A stretch of DNA of 25,334 nucleotides from Fimbriiglobus sp. (GCA_043774415.1 JAYVTJ010000352.1:1-25334), one strand, 5' to 3'; positions 16,585 through 25,334 are shown, counted from the stretch's first letter. A program made the numbers and translations. The notes: generated from the letters alone by a model not told the origin.

Positions 16585-19179
16585 TCACTTCTTCTCGGCC
16601 TGCAGGATGAGGCCGAAGCCGGAGTTGTTGAGCGCGGTCTGCTTGCCGGTGACGCCGATCACGGCCCGGCCTTCGCCCGAAAGCGTGCGCGGCACCTTCT
16701 GCTCTTTGGTTCCCACGTACTCGCTCTGGTAGCTGTCCTTCGCGTCGAGACCGTCCTTCGCGATCTTCATGAACGTCACCGTCATGCCGTCGCAGTTCAG
16801 GCCCGAGATGATGCTGACGGCGCCGACCGCGTAACCCGCCTTCGCCTTGAGGGTGACGACGCGCTTGATGTCTCGCCCGGTCTGCTTGCCGGTCGTCTCC
16901 TTGTCGCCCGTGAGGTAGATCGGCCGAATGCCCATGATGAAGTCGGCGGGCGTCAGGGCGATCTCGAGGCCGATGAGCAATCCGCCTTCGGGGGCGAGGT
17001 CGCGGTAGACCGGGTTGGTGAACCCGCCGATGATCTCGGTGTCGGTGCCAGTCCCCCAGGTCTTCCGCGCCTCGATGGCCTCGGGGGTGTTCGCGATCAG
17101 CCCGAGACCGGTGAGGTTCTTGGTTTGGGGATTGTGCTTGCCGACCATGCCGATGAAGCCGACGCCGGTCCCACCGAGCTTGCGCTCTCGGACTTTCGGA
17201 CTGCCGATCCACTCGCTCTCGTAGCTGTCGGTCGCGTCGAGTTTGTCCCCGGCGATCTTCATGAAGGTGATCGAAAGTCCGTCGACGGTCAGTCCGGTCC
17301 GCACGGAGACCGCTCCAACCGCGTACCCCTCCTTCGCTTTGAGGAACTTCGTGTCGGCGCTCGTGCCGTGGGCGGTGCCGAGAGTGTCGCCGGCCTTGCC
17401 GCGGAAGATCGGCCGGGCCGCCACGATCACGTCGTTGTTGAGCCACTTGCCGAGGCCGAGTTCGAAGCCGACGAGGAGTGCCCCTTCGGGAGCGAAGTCT
17501 TTGAAGACCGGGTCGAAGGTGCCGCCGAGGATGTCCGTCTCGCCGCTTTTGGCGATCGCGCCGGGCTTCACGGGATTCGGATTCGGATCGACGGCGACGA
17601 CCTCGCGCGGGTGGACGCGGAAGGAGTCGAGGAAGAGGTAGCCGTCGTCGCCGGAAACCGCCTTGGGAGGCCCCTGCACGAGGACGATGTAGACCGTCCG
17701 GGTCGAGACGAAGATGCGCACGACCGCCGTCTCTTTGGCCCCTTTGATGACGTATTCCTTGCAGGGCCACGCACCCATCTTCGCGTCCGACTCTTCGACG
17801 ATCTTGCCTTTGATCTCGTCGGCGACGCTTTTGGAAATCGATTCGCGGAGGGCGGCCACGTCGAGCTTCGAACCGATCCCGCCCGCGCCGGTGAGCAGCA
17901 GGCTGGCGCGCTCGAGCCGGTAGACGAGGCCGTTGTCCCCGACCGTGGTCGTCGACGTCGAGTTGACCGTCATCCCCTGGCCGCGATACGTGTTTCGGCG
18001 ATCGAGCTGCTTCGAGGTTTTCTCGGGCACCCAGATGGTATAGAGGCCGGTGTCCATCGCGATCTCTTTCCAGCCCGCGGGCGGCTTGTCGTCCGCTCCG
18101 ATGCTTTTGCCGCCCAGTACAGCGCGGCCGAGGGAGACGTGCGTGTTCGCACTCGACTCCCATTTCTCGGAACCGCTCGGCTTTGCGCTGAACGAGAGTT
18201 GTCCGCCACCGGCGGCGCCGTCGAGCAGCAATTCGCCCTTGGCCACGGCGCCCTCCATCGTCAACGCGAGCGACTTGGCGCCCGGTAGCGCGCTCAAGTC
18301 GGCGCCCTCCTTCGGTTTCTCGGCTTTCGCATCGGTCAGTTTGTAGTTCAGCGTCACGCCTGTGATCGACCCGGCCGGATTTGACACGAGCGCCTCGAAG
18401 CTCACTTTAACCTTGCCGTCGGTCTGCTTCGCATAGGTCGCCGCGATGACGCTGACTTTGCCGGTGAGCATCGCGTCCACTTCCGCGGCGGGGACGACGA
18501 AGCCGATCCCCTTGCTGTCGCGGATGGTGGCCGTCGCCACGCCGATGACAGCGCCGTCGGTGTCGATCACGGGGCCGCCGCTGTTGCCGGGATTCAGGTT
18601 GCCGTCGATCTGGATGGTGGTCAGCTTGCCGGTCTCGTCGGTGCGCAGGCTGGAGATCGACGCCTTGCCGACCGTCACGGCCGGGCCTTTGCCGGTCGAG
18701 AGGGCGTCGCCGAAGGGATAACCGAAGGAGTAGACGGTGCTCGTCTCCGCGAGCGCCTTCGCCCCGCCGACTTTCAGCGCTTTCGGGGGATTCTTGACAT
18801 CCGAGGTTTTCACCCGGAGGATGCCGATGTCGGCCGCGGCATCGAGCGAAACGACTTCCGCCGCCGCGCTGCGCTCGGTCGGGGTGCCGCTGCCGAAGAG
18901 GATCGTGATCTTGGCCTGCTTCAATTTCGCGAGCAGCGCCGCGGGGGAGAGCTTCGCCAATTCGTCCGGGGAAATGACGTGGGCGTTCGTGGCGATCAGC
19001 AGCGAATCGCCATCGGAGGAGACGACGAAGCCGGAGCCGGTGAACTTGTGGGCGTCGAGGGCGAAGCGGATAAAGACGCTCCCGGCCTTCACATCGACGA
19101 TCTTCTCGGGTTTGATGTCTTGGCCCTCGGCACCGGTCGCGAGGATGGCGAGCCCGAGGAGTGATAGCAGAAGTCGCAT
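16585..19179 (-). CDS. Secreted trypsin-like (S1) serine protease with a central domain and two C-terminal lectin-like (beta-prism/jacalin-like) repeats, 864 aa
   Basis: Signal peptide MRLLLSLLGLAILATGAEG; catalytic triad motifs ATNAHV, ADIGIL, GNSGGP; two repeats of about 150 aa at about 17095-17541 and 16588-17043. Confidence 0.85.
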   Translation of the reverse strand: MRLLLSLLGLAILATGAEGQDIKPEKIVDVKAGSVFIRFALDAHKFTGSGFVVSSDGDSLLIATNAHVISPDELAKLSPAALLAKLKQAKITILFGSGTPTERSAAAEVVSLDAAADIGILRVKTSDVKNPPKALKVGGAKALAETSTVYSFGYPFGDALSTGKGPAVTVGKASISSLRTDETGKLTTIQIDGNLNPGNSGGPVIDTDGAVIGVATATIRDSKGIGFVVPAAEVDAMLTGKVSVIAATYAKQTDGKVKVSFEALVSNPAGSITGVTLNYKLTDAKAEKPKEGADLSALPGAKSLALTMEGAVAKGELLLDGAAGGGQLSFSAKPSGSEKWESSANTHVSLGRAVLGGKSIGADDKPPAGWKEIAMDTGLYTIWVPEKTSKQLDRRNTYRGQGMTVNSTSTTTVGDNGLVYRLERASLLLTGAGGIGSKLDVAALRESISKSVADEIKGKIVEESDAKMGAWPCKEYVIKGAKETAVVRIFVSTRTVYIVLVQGPPKAVSGDDGYLFLDSFRVHPREVVAVDPNPNPVKPGAIAKSGETDILGGTFDPVFKDFAPEGALLVGFELGLGKWLNNDVIVAARPIFRGKAGDTLGTAHGTSADTKFLKAKEGYAVGAVSVRTGLTVDGLSITFMKIAGDKLDATDSYESEWIGSPKVRERKLGGTGVGFIGMVGKHNPQTKNLTGLGLIANTPEAIEARKTWGTGTDTEIIGGFTNPVYRDLAPEGGLLIGLEIALTPADFIMGIRPIYLTGDKETTGKQTGRDIKRVVTLKAKAGYAVGAVSIISGLNCDGMTVTFMKIAKDGLDAKDSYQSEYVGTKEQKVPRTLSGEGRAVIGVTGKQTALNNSGFGLILQAEKK

Positions 19180-19530
19180 GAGCGCCCCGAATCGAAGAAT
19201 GGTAGATGACAGATTGTCATACCGCGGGCATGGAATCGCAACTGAATTCGGGCTATGTTCTGTGCGACTGCCGGAGACCGCCATTCCCGGTGGCGTATCC
19301 CGAAGGCAACCGGGCTTCCGTCCCCATCTGCACCATGGATAAACCCGCAAATCGTGGTCCGGCGACCCGGGAATATCGCGTGGCGCAGGGGTCGCCTCGC
19401 CCACAGCGGATGACATGATCGCTTGGGGTGTTGGATGTCGCTTCTGCGGAGCGCAGGACCTTTTGGGCTGGGTAACGGGCGATGGAGCACTTACGATATC
19501 CCGGTTCGACCCGCCGGTATTCTTGCCTTT

Positions 19531-19536
19531 TACAAT
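19531..19536 (+). promoter_or_regulatory. Possible -10 element TACAAT upstream of the PSD1 gene
   Basis: Near-consensus hexamer 10-16 nt before candidate ATGs at 19546/19552, which would imply a very short leader. Confidence 0.35.
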
Positions 19537-19545
19537 CGCCCGGTG

Positions 19546-21936
19546 ATGGTCATGCACTCCGGAAGATCCCAGACGAACTCCGCTCGATCCGCGAGCGGCC
19601 GGTACCGGCTCCGGTCTGCCATCGGTCTGCTCATCGCCATTTTGCCGACCGCCGCCCGCGGGGACGACGGTGCGGACTTCTTCGAGAAGAAAGTCCGACC
19701 CATCCTCGCCGAACACTGCCAGTCTTGCCACTCGGCGGGAGCCAAGAAGACCAAGGGCGGACTGGCGCTCGATACCTCCGCGGGGATCCGCCAAGGCGGT
19801 AAGACCGGCCCCGCGGTGACGGCGAACGACGACGCGAGCCTCCTGCTGCGGGCCGTTTCGCACGCTCCGGACGCACCGGCAATGCCGCCGGAGGGAAAGC
19901 TGCCGGACGATGCCATCGCGGATCTCCGCCGCTGGATCAAGATGGGGGCACCTCTTCCCGCCCCGACCCCTGCTGAGGCGAAGCGCGGAGACGCGGCCCG
20001 CAAATTCTGGTCGTTCCTGCCCGTCGCCGAGCGGCCGGCGCCCAGAGTTTCGAATCCGAAGTGGCCGATCACGAAGGCCGACTCCTTCGTTATGAAGGAA
20101 CTCGACGGACGGAAGTTCTCCCCTGCGCCCGCGGCCGATCGGCGCACGCTGATCCGCCGCGTCACCTTCGACCTCGTCGGGCTTCCGCCCGCGATCGAAG
20201 ACGTCGAAGCGTACGCCGCCGACGTCCGGCCCGATGCCTACGAGCGGCTCGTCGATGGGCTGCTCGCCTCGCCCCGGTTCGGCGAGAAATGGGGCCGTCA
20301 CTGGCTCGATGTGGCGCGGTACGCCGAGGACAACTCCACGGGCGAATCGACGTGCAAGCCGCCGCGGTTCCCGTACCGCTACCGCGATTGGGTGATCGGT
20401 GCGTTCAACGGGGACGTGCCGTATGACCGCTTCGTCCGGCTCCAGCTCGCCGCCGACCTCGCCGCCGATACCGCGCCCGCGGACTATGCGGCGCTCGGCT
20501 TCCTGGGCCTCTCGCCGGTCTACCACAAGGAGCCGAAGCTCTCGAAGGACGTGATCGCCGCGATCGTCGCCGACGAGTGGGACGAGCGTGTGGACGCGGT
20601 CACACGCGGGTTCCTCGGGCTGACCGTCGCCTGCGCGCGGTGCCACGACCACAAGTTCGACCCGATCACGGCGGAGGATTACGCCGCCCTCGCCGGGGTG
20701 ATGGCGAACACGCAGCTTGTGGAGCGGTCGCTACAGCCCGGTGCCGACGCGGATGCGCAAATGTCCGTCCGGGGCGATCTCCTCGATGCCACGCTCCGAC
20801 TCGCATACTCGAAGGAGATGCGCGGCGCGGCCGCGAAGGATAAGAAGGACGCTTCGGCTTTCGACGGGCCGATCAAAATCCAAGAGGAGCGGGTGGCCGA
20901 GCTGCAGAAGCGCGGGAAAGGGTTCGACGCCGGAATCCTCTCGAACGGTGTCCGCGATGCCGGAACATGGATCAACGGCGACGATCCGGCATGGACGGTG
21001 ATCGATTACCGACCCGGCAAAACCCGGGACCTCCCCGTCTTTATCCGGGGGAACCCCGCTCGACCCGGAGGAATTGTGCCCCGGAGGTTTCCCGCAGTGC
21101 TCGCGTCGGCGAAGGCGATGCCGTTTCGCGCGGGGAGCGGGCGGGCGGAACTGGCCGACGCCATCGTGACCGACGCGGCCGGCCTGACCGCCCGCGTGTT
21201 CGTGAACCGCGCGTGGGGGTGGATCTTCGGTCGGCATCTCGTCGGTACGCCGAGCAACTTCGGAGAACTCGGCGACCGCCCGACCCACCCCGAACTGCTC
21301 GACGATCTCGCGGCCCGATTCGTCGCGAACCGGTGGTCGATGAAATGGCTCGTCCGCGAGCTGGTGCTGTCCGCGACCTATCGGCAGTCGAGCCGCCACG
21401 ACGAAAAGTACGCCGCCGCCGCCCCGGACAACCGCTGGCTGTGGCGGGCACCGCGGAAGCGGCTGGAATTGGAAGTGTGGCGGGACGCGTTCCTGCGGGT
21501 GAGCGGGCAGCTCGACCTCGCCGGCGGCGGCCCCTCGGACAACTTGGACGGAATCAAGTCCGTCCGCCGGACGGTCTACGGGAAGGTGAGCCGCGAACGG
21601 CCGGCCGATATCCACCGCCTGTTCGATCTCCCCGATCCCAAGGGGCACGGCGAGAAGCGCGAGGCGACGACGACTCCCGTTCAGCAGCTCTACTTCCTCA
21701 ACAGTCCGTTCGTAAGGCAGGCGGCGACGGCGCTGGCCAAGTCGGCGACCGCGGGGCTGTCGGAGGAGGCCGGCGTCGAAGCGCTGTTCCGCAGAGTGCT
21801 CCTCCGCTCACCCACCGGAGCCGAGTTGGCAACGGCGCGGAAGTTGATTCGACCCTCGAAGAACAACGCCGAGCCCGCGTGGGAGTTGCTCGCCCAGGTA
21901 CTCCTGACGAGCAACGAATTCCTGTTCCTCAACTGA
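19546..21936 (+). CDS. PSD1 and planctomycete cytochrome c domain-containing protein (DUF1549/DUF1553), about 796 aa; start uncertain (19546 or 19552)
   Basis: DFFEKKVRPILAEHCQSCH (CxxCH), TLIRRVTFDL.GLPP, GEKWGRHWLDVARYAE, CARCHDHKFDPI, THPELLD.LA..F....WS.K.L.R..VLS.TY.QSS, PVQQLYFLNSPFV, SNEFLFLN. Confidence 0.93.
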   Translation: MVMHSGRSQTNSARSASGRYRLRSAIGLLIAILPTAARGDDGADFFEKKVRPILAEHCQSCHSAGAKKTKGGLALDTSAGIRQGGKTGPAVTANDDASLLLRAVSHAPDAPAMPPEGKLPDDAIADLRRWIKMGAPLPAPTPAEAKRGDAARKFWSFLPVAERPAPRVSNPKWPITKADSFVMKELDGRKFSPAPAADRRTLIRRVTFDLVGLPPAIEDVEAYAADVRPDAYERLVDGLLASPRFGEKWGRHWLDVARYAEDNSTGESTCKPPRFPYRYRDWVIGAFNGDVPYDRFVRLQLAADLAADTAPADYAALGFLGLSPVYHKEPKLSKDVIAAIVADEWDERVDAVTRGFLGLTVACARCHDHKFDPITAEDYAALAGVMANTQLVERSLQPGADADAQMSVRGDLLDATLRLAYSKEMRGAAAKDKKDASAFDGPIKIQEERVAELQKRGKGFDAGILSNGVRDAGTWINGDDPAWTVIDYRPGKTRDLPVFIRGNPARPGGIVPRRFPAVLASAKAMPFRAGSGRAELADAIVTDAAGLTARVFVNRAWGWIFGRHLVGTPSNFGELGDRPTHPELLDDLAARFVANRWSMKWLVRELVLSATYRQSSRHDEKYAAAAPDNRWLWRAPRKRLELEVWRDAFLRVSGQLDLAGGGPSDNLDGIKSVRRTVYGKVSRERPADIHRLFDLPDPKGHGEKREATTTPVQQLYFLNSPFVRQAATALAKSATAGLSEEAGVEALFRRVLLRSPTGAELATARKLIRPSKNNAEPAWELLAQVLLTSNEFLFLN

Positions 21937-21952
21937 CCGGGGACTTCCGATC

Positions 21953-23317
21953 ATGGATCTCGAACCCGCCGATCCGTTCGGGCCGACCCGCAGGTCTTTC
22001 CTCCGCGAACTCGGCGGCAGCGTCGGTCTGCTCGGGCTAACGAGCTACTTGCACGCGGAATCCCCCGCCGCGCCCGGAAAGCCGCACTTCAAAGCGCGGG
22101 CCAAGCGCGTGATCTTCCTGTTCATGGCCGGGGGCCCTTCGCACTTGGACCTGTTCGACCCGAAGCCCGGACTCGCGAAGTACGCCGGGAAGAGACCGGA
22201 AGCGACCGTTCTGCGGACCGAGCGCGTCACCGGCGGAGTGCTTCCGTCGGCGTTCGCTTTCAAACCGGGAGGCAAGTCGGGATTGGCGGTGAGCGACTTG
22301 CTCCCGAACCTCCGGGACTGCGCCGACGAACTCTGCGTGCTCCGGGGCCTCTACGCGACCAATCCGAATCACTCGCCCGCCGCGAACTTCTTGGCCAGCG
22401 GCCGGATCGACGCCGCGCATCCCGGCATCGGCTCATGGGTCTCGTACGGCCTGGGTTCCGAAAATGAGAACCTGCCCGGCTTCGTCTCCCTCGGTGGCGG
22501 TTTCGGCCAGGCCGGGTTCGAGCGGAGCGGCTACCTGCCGGGGCAGTTCCAGGCGACCCGCGTCGCGGCCGCGGAGACCGATCCGGAAAAGATGATCCGT
22601 CACTTGAAGAACCCGACCCTCGCATCCGAGGATCAAAAGCGGCAGCTCGATGCGCTCCAGTCATTCAACAGGACGCACGCCGCATCGAACGGGAACGATC
22701 CGCAGATGGAGGCCCGCGTCCGAGCGATGGAGACCGCGTTCCGGATGCAGTCCGCGGCCGGGGAGGCGTTCGACATCCGCCGGGAAACGCAGAAAGTGCG
22801 CGACTCGTACGGCATCGGAGAGTTCGCCCGAGGATGCCTGCTGGCCCGGCGGCTCGTTGAACAGGGTGTCCGCTTCGTCCAAGTCTCACTCGGCGGCTGG
22901 GACCACCACAGCGGGATCAACGTCGAATTGAAGAAGAAATGCGGGGAGATCGACCGCCCGATCGCGGCCTTGCTGAAAGACCTCCGCGGGCTGGGGCTCC
23001 TCGACGAGACGCTCGTCGTCTGGGGCGGAGAGTTCGGTCGGACGCCCGTATCGGAGAACGGCGACGGCCGGGATCACAACCACTACGGCTTCACGATGTG
23101 GATGGCCGGCGGCGGAATCAAAGGGGGTATGGCCCACGGTGCGACCGACGAGTTCGGATTCAAAGCGGTGAAGGATTGCGTGAGCGTCCACGATCTCCAT
23201 GCGACCGTCCTGCACCTGCTCGGCCTCGACCACGAGAAGCTCACGTACCGCTACAGTGGCCGCGACTTCCGCCTGACCGATGTCCACGGCCGCGTGGTGA
23301 AGGAGATCTTGGCGTGA
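21953..23317 (+). CDS. DUF1501 domain-containing protein, 454 aa
   Basis: TRRSFL Tat-like motif, AKRVIFLFMAGGPSHLDLFDPKP, CLLARRLVE.GVRFVQV, GWD.H, LL.ETLV.W.GEFGRTP, GRDH, HDLHAT.LHLLGLDH.KLTYR..GRDFRLTDV.G; canonical partner of the upstream gene. Confidence 0.95.
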   Translation: MDLEPADPFGPTRRSFLRELGGSVGLLGLTSYLHAESPAAPGKPHFKARAKRVIFLFMAGGPSHLDLFDPKPGLAKYAGKRPEATVLRTERVTGGVLPSAFAFKPGGKSGLAVSDLLPNLRDCADELCVLRGLYATNPNHSPAANFLASGRIDAAHPGIGSWVSYGLGSENENLPGFVSLGGGFGQAGFERSGYLPGQFQATRVAAAETDPEKMIRHLKNPTLASEDQKRQLDALQSFNRTHAASNGNDPQMEARVRAMETAFRMQSAAGEAFDIRRETQKVRDSYGIGEFARGCLLARRLVEQGVRFVQVSLGGWDHHSGINVELKKKCGEIDRPIAALLKDLRGLGLLDETLVVWGGEFGRTPVSENGDGRDHNHYGFTMWMAGGGIKGGMAHGATDEFGFKAVKDCVSVHDLHATVLHLLGLDHEKLTYRYSGRDFRLTDVHGRVVKEILA

Positions 23318-23509
23318 GCAGGAACCATCCACCGGAATTATTTTCGTCGCCGGATCGGACCGGACAACATGGTGGATTGCGAAACGCTCTCGCGGAAGGA
23401 TTGATCGGGAGTCCGGACAAGACGCGGCGGATGGCGCTCACACGGGGTTCAATCGCGGCATCGGACTCGAGGCAGCGAACCGGAGGGCGCGGCGGGTATT
23501 TTTCCATCG

Positions 23510-24022
23510 TCACATCGGCCGGGGAAGATCGCCATCCGATGCTTGTTCCGACGGCGCGCAGCGCATCGCGGTGACGCTGATCTGCCCGTTGTTCTCCAGG
23601 ACTGCGGCGTGGACTTGTGCGATGGCGTCGCATCCCGCCCGGCGCAGTGCGGCCATGAGTTCGTGGTGCGTCATGCGCTCGGCGCGGAGCACGCCTTCGA
23701 GCAGCCGGCCGTTGTGGATGAGCACGCGAGGCCGGCCCTCGATGAGTCCTTCCAGCCACTTCGATCGGTAGGTGGCCCACCCGACCAGCCCGTTGAGAGC
23801 CACGAGCGTGGCCGCCGAGATGACCCCGGCGGTGAACGAGTTATCCCCGCCGTTCATGGCGTTTTGAACCGCGTTCGAAAGGATGAGCAGCAGGATGAGG
23901 TCGAACGGGGCGAGCTGGCCGACCTGCCGCTTGCCGGTGATCCGGAGCAGCGCGAGAAGGAACAGATAGGTGAGCGCCGCACGGCCCACGAGTTCCAAAA
24001 ACGGAATCGTCAGATCCCACAT
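23510..24022 (-). CDS. DUF421 (YetF-like) membrane protein, 170 aa
   Basis: R...Y..LL.LLR.TGKRQVGQL..FD.ILLLILSNAVQNAM, LIEG.P.VLI.NG, A.LE.NG.ISV. Confidence 0.92.
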   Translation of the reverse strand: MWDLTIPFLELVGRAALTYLFLLALLRITGKRQVGQLAPFDLILLLILSNAVQNAMNGGDNSFTAGVISAATLVALNGLVGWATYRSKWLEGLIEGRPRVLIHNGRLLEGVLRAERMTHHELMAALRRAGCDAIAQVHAAVLENNGQISVTAMRCAPSEQASDGDLPRPM

Positions 24023-24228
24023 ATCGGTATCGCTCCAAAGGCGGATGGCGACGACCCGGCGCCGGATGATGCGCACGGTCGCAGCAGTTTCGTGGTATCG
24101 ATGCCCGCGGGCGACGTGATTCCGTGTCGCAAGCGGTCGTGGCGAGTTGCAATGGCGAGCGTGCCGTCGCAGCGGCCGGCGACGTTTCTACAGGCATGGA
24201 AAAATAGCGGATGTGCACAAACGATCAA

Positions 24229-24249
24229 CGGAGCGGGAGGGATTGGAAC
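24229..24249 (-). mobile_element. Degenerate tRNA(Ser)-like 3' end; candidate attL/attR scar of an integrative element
   Basis: The minus strand reads G TTCCAAT CCCTC CCGCTCC G: a T-loop one mismatch from TTCGAAT, 5-nt T-stem strand, 7-nt acceptor strand and G discriminator. No D or anticodon arm upstream. Confidence 0.5.
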
Positions 24250-24265
24250 AGGTCTCGAAAACCCC

Positions 24266-24433
24266 ATGAATTCGGCGTTTCCCGAAGAGGGTGGCGCAAA
24301 ATCCGGCGCACTCGATTCGGCCGACCCCCATTTAATGGTCATCATTGAGGGTTGGGCTCGTCTTTCCGATGCACTCAAAGCAGGTATCGTCGCCATGGTG
24401 AAGGCGGCAAACGGAGAATCGCTTCACCCGTAA
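24266..24433 (+). CDS. Short ORF (55 aa) resembling the GA.SGA...DP.L..II..W..L...KAGI.AMV tail I associate with planctomycete integrative-element ends
   Basis: MNSAFPEEGGAKSGALDSADPHLMVIIEGWARLSDALKAGIVAMVKAANGESLHP; local GC about 54%; stop overlaps the comM-fragment ATG (TAATG). Confidence 0.45.
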   Translation: MNSAFPEEGGAKSGALDSADPHLMVIIEGWARLSDALKAGIVAMVKAANGESLHP

Positions 24434-25045
24434 TGGTCGAAGTTGAAGTGGATGCGAACCCCGGCACGGCCAAGATCATCCTCGCCGGGCTGCCCGAACT
24501 CGCCGTGCACGAGAGCGTCCGCCGCATCGAGCGCGCCTTCGCCAACCTCGGCTACGTCCGACCAACCGGCGGCACCAGCATCAACTTAGCGCCGGCCGAC
24601 TTGAAGATGAAGAAGGACGCCGGCGCCTTCGGTCTCCCCATCGCCCTCGGGATTCTCGTCGCCACGCGCCAGCTCACCCCGGAACATTTGAAAGACTTTG
24701 CCGCATCGGCGATCTGAGCCTCGACGGTCAGGTGCGCCCGGTGATGGGGCCCTCTCCACCGCGATGGCGGCGCGTCTGCGGCGTGAAGAAGCTCATCGTG
24801 CCGATGACGAACGCCCGCGAAGCGGCCGTCGTCGCGGAGGTCGAAGTCTGCGGCGTCACGTCCCTCTCCGAAGCCGTCGGCATTATCTACGGGGTGCTGG
24901 AAGTCGAACCCGTTTCGCCGACGCTCGAGGACATCACGGAGCGCATAAGCCGCTACGCTGTGGACTTCGCCGAAGTCCGCGGTGAGGAGTTCTCCAAGCG
25001 TGCGCTGGTGGTTGCGGTGGCCTGCTGGCCAACATGCTCCTTTTA
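24433..25045 (+). pseudogene. comM: YifB/ComM (Mg-chelatase-like AAA+) N-terminal fragment with at least 3 frameshifts, truncated before Walker A
   Basis: VEVEVD....K..LAGLP..AV.ES..R...A..N.G, INLAPADLK...KDAGAF.LPIALG.L, (G)DLSLDGQVRPV.G, LIVP..NAREAAVV, DFAEVRG.E.SKRALVVA...NMLL. Frame breaks near 24703, 24748 and 24779. No GPPG.GK follows. Confidence 0.85.
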
Positions 25046-25131
25046 GAGACCATTACGCCATTCAGCGAATGGTATGTCCCGTGCGTAGTGAACATCGCGG
25101 CAAGCTGTCGAGCTACATAGACCTCACCCCT

Positions 25132-25334
25132 TCATCGAATACCAACTGAAGTCCACCTTTCCTCGTCGTCGCTGAAGAGGTCACTTTTTCTCTCGGCGAA
25201 CGGGACAGGCAGCGCAGTGCAACTTCGAGATTCTTTCTGAAAGATGATCGCATTTGAGCCGTGCGTGTGATTACATTCGGCAATCACACTCTCAGGGTTG
25301 ACGTCCATGGCATCGAAATCCAAGCCCGCAGCAA
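25132..25334 (-). CDS. 3' end of an unknown low-GC gene that starts beyond the window
   Basis: The frame is open to the window edge (..AAGLDFDAMDVNPESVIAECNHTHG...WTSVGIR*). GC of 25041-25334 counted as 151/294 (51%). No recognisable motif. Confidence 0.4.
   Translation of the reverse strand, partial: AAGLDFDAMDVNPESVIAECNHTHGSNAIIFQKESRSCTALPVPFAERKSDLFSDDEERWTSVGIR

Noticed and set aside
19180-20652. 491-aa N-terminal extension making the protease a 1355-aa protein
   Set aside because: The extension is antisense to the PSD1 gene, and a clean signal peptide starts at 19179.
23543-24265. 296-aa plus-strand ORF 23543-24433 as a full gene or integrase
   Set aside because: Most of it is antisense to DUF421 and it has no R-H-R-Y integrase motifs; only the last 55-70 codons look meaningful.
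24229-24320. Intact tRNA gene
   Set aside because: Only the T-loop and acceptor 3' strand are present; no D-arm, anticodon arm or 5' acceptor strand can be folded.

Overview
GC-rich (roughly 65-70%) bacterial DNA. The gene content points to a planctomycete, probably Gemmataceae: a PSD1/cytochrome c + DUF1501 pair, a Gemmata-type paralogue at 7-699, and planctomycete-type rpoA and L17. 1-5.2 kb (minus strand) is the alpha ribosomal operon rpmJ-rpsM-rpsK-rpsD-rpoA-rplQ. It is not preceded by secY/adk/map/infA. A frameshifted nucleotidyltransferase-like gene sits between rpsD and rpoA, and three spacers hold long hairpins built from 7-nt tandem units. 5.4-8.0 kb is accessory: an uncharacterised two-gene module (WDG-motif protein + putative ADP-ribosyltransferase-fold protein), a SprT-like protease, a Tat-signal thiol-dioxygenase-like cupin and a small membrane protein. 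8.2-14.6 kb holds a DcuC-family transporter, a frameshift-split beta-propeller membrane protein, an SGNH hydrolase and a BatD-like protein. Then come a uvrA-like gene with a large internal deletion, a secreted S1 protease with two tandem lectin-like repeats, the PSD1/DUF1501 pair and a DUF421 gene. The right end looks like an island boundary: a tRNA(Ser)-like 3' remnant, a decayed and truncated comM/yifB, and about 51% GC DNA running off the window. No CRISPR array, rRNA, intact tRNA or transposase was seen. Family assignments come from motif recognition by eye, with no database search. Single-base frameshifts could be assembly errors.
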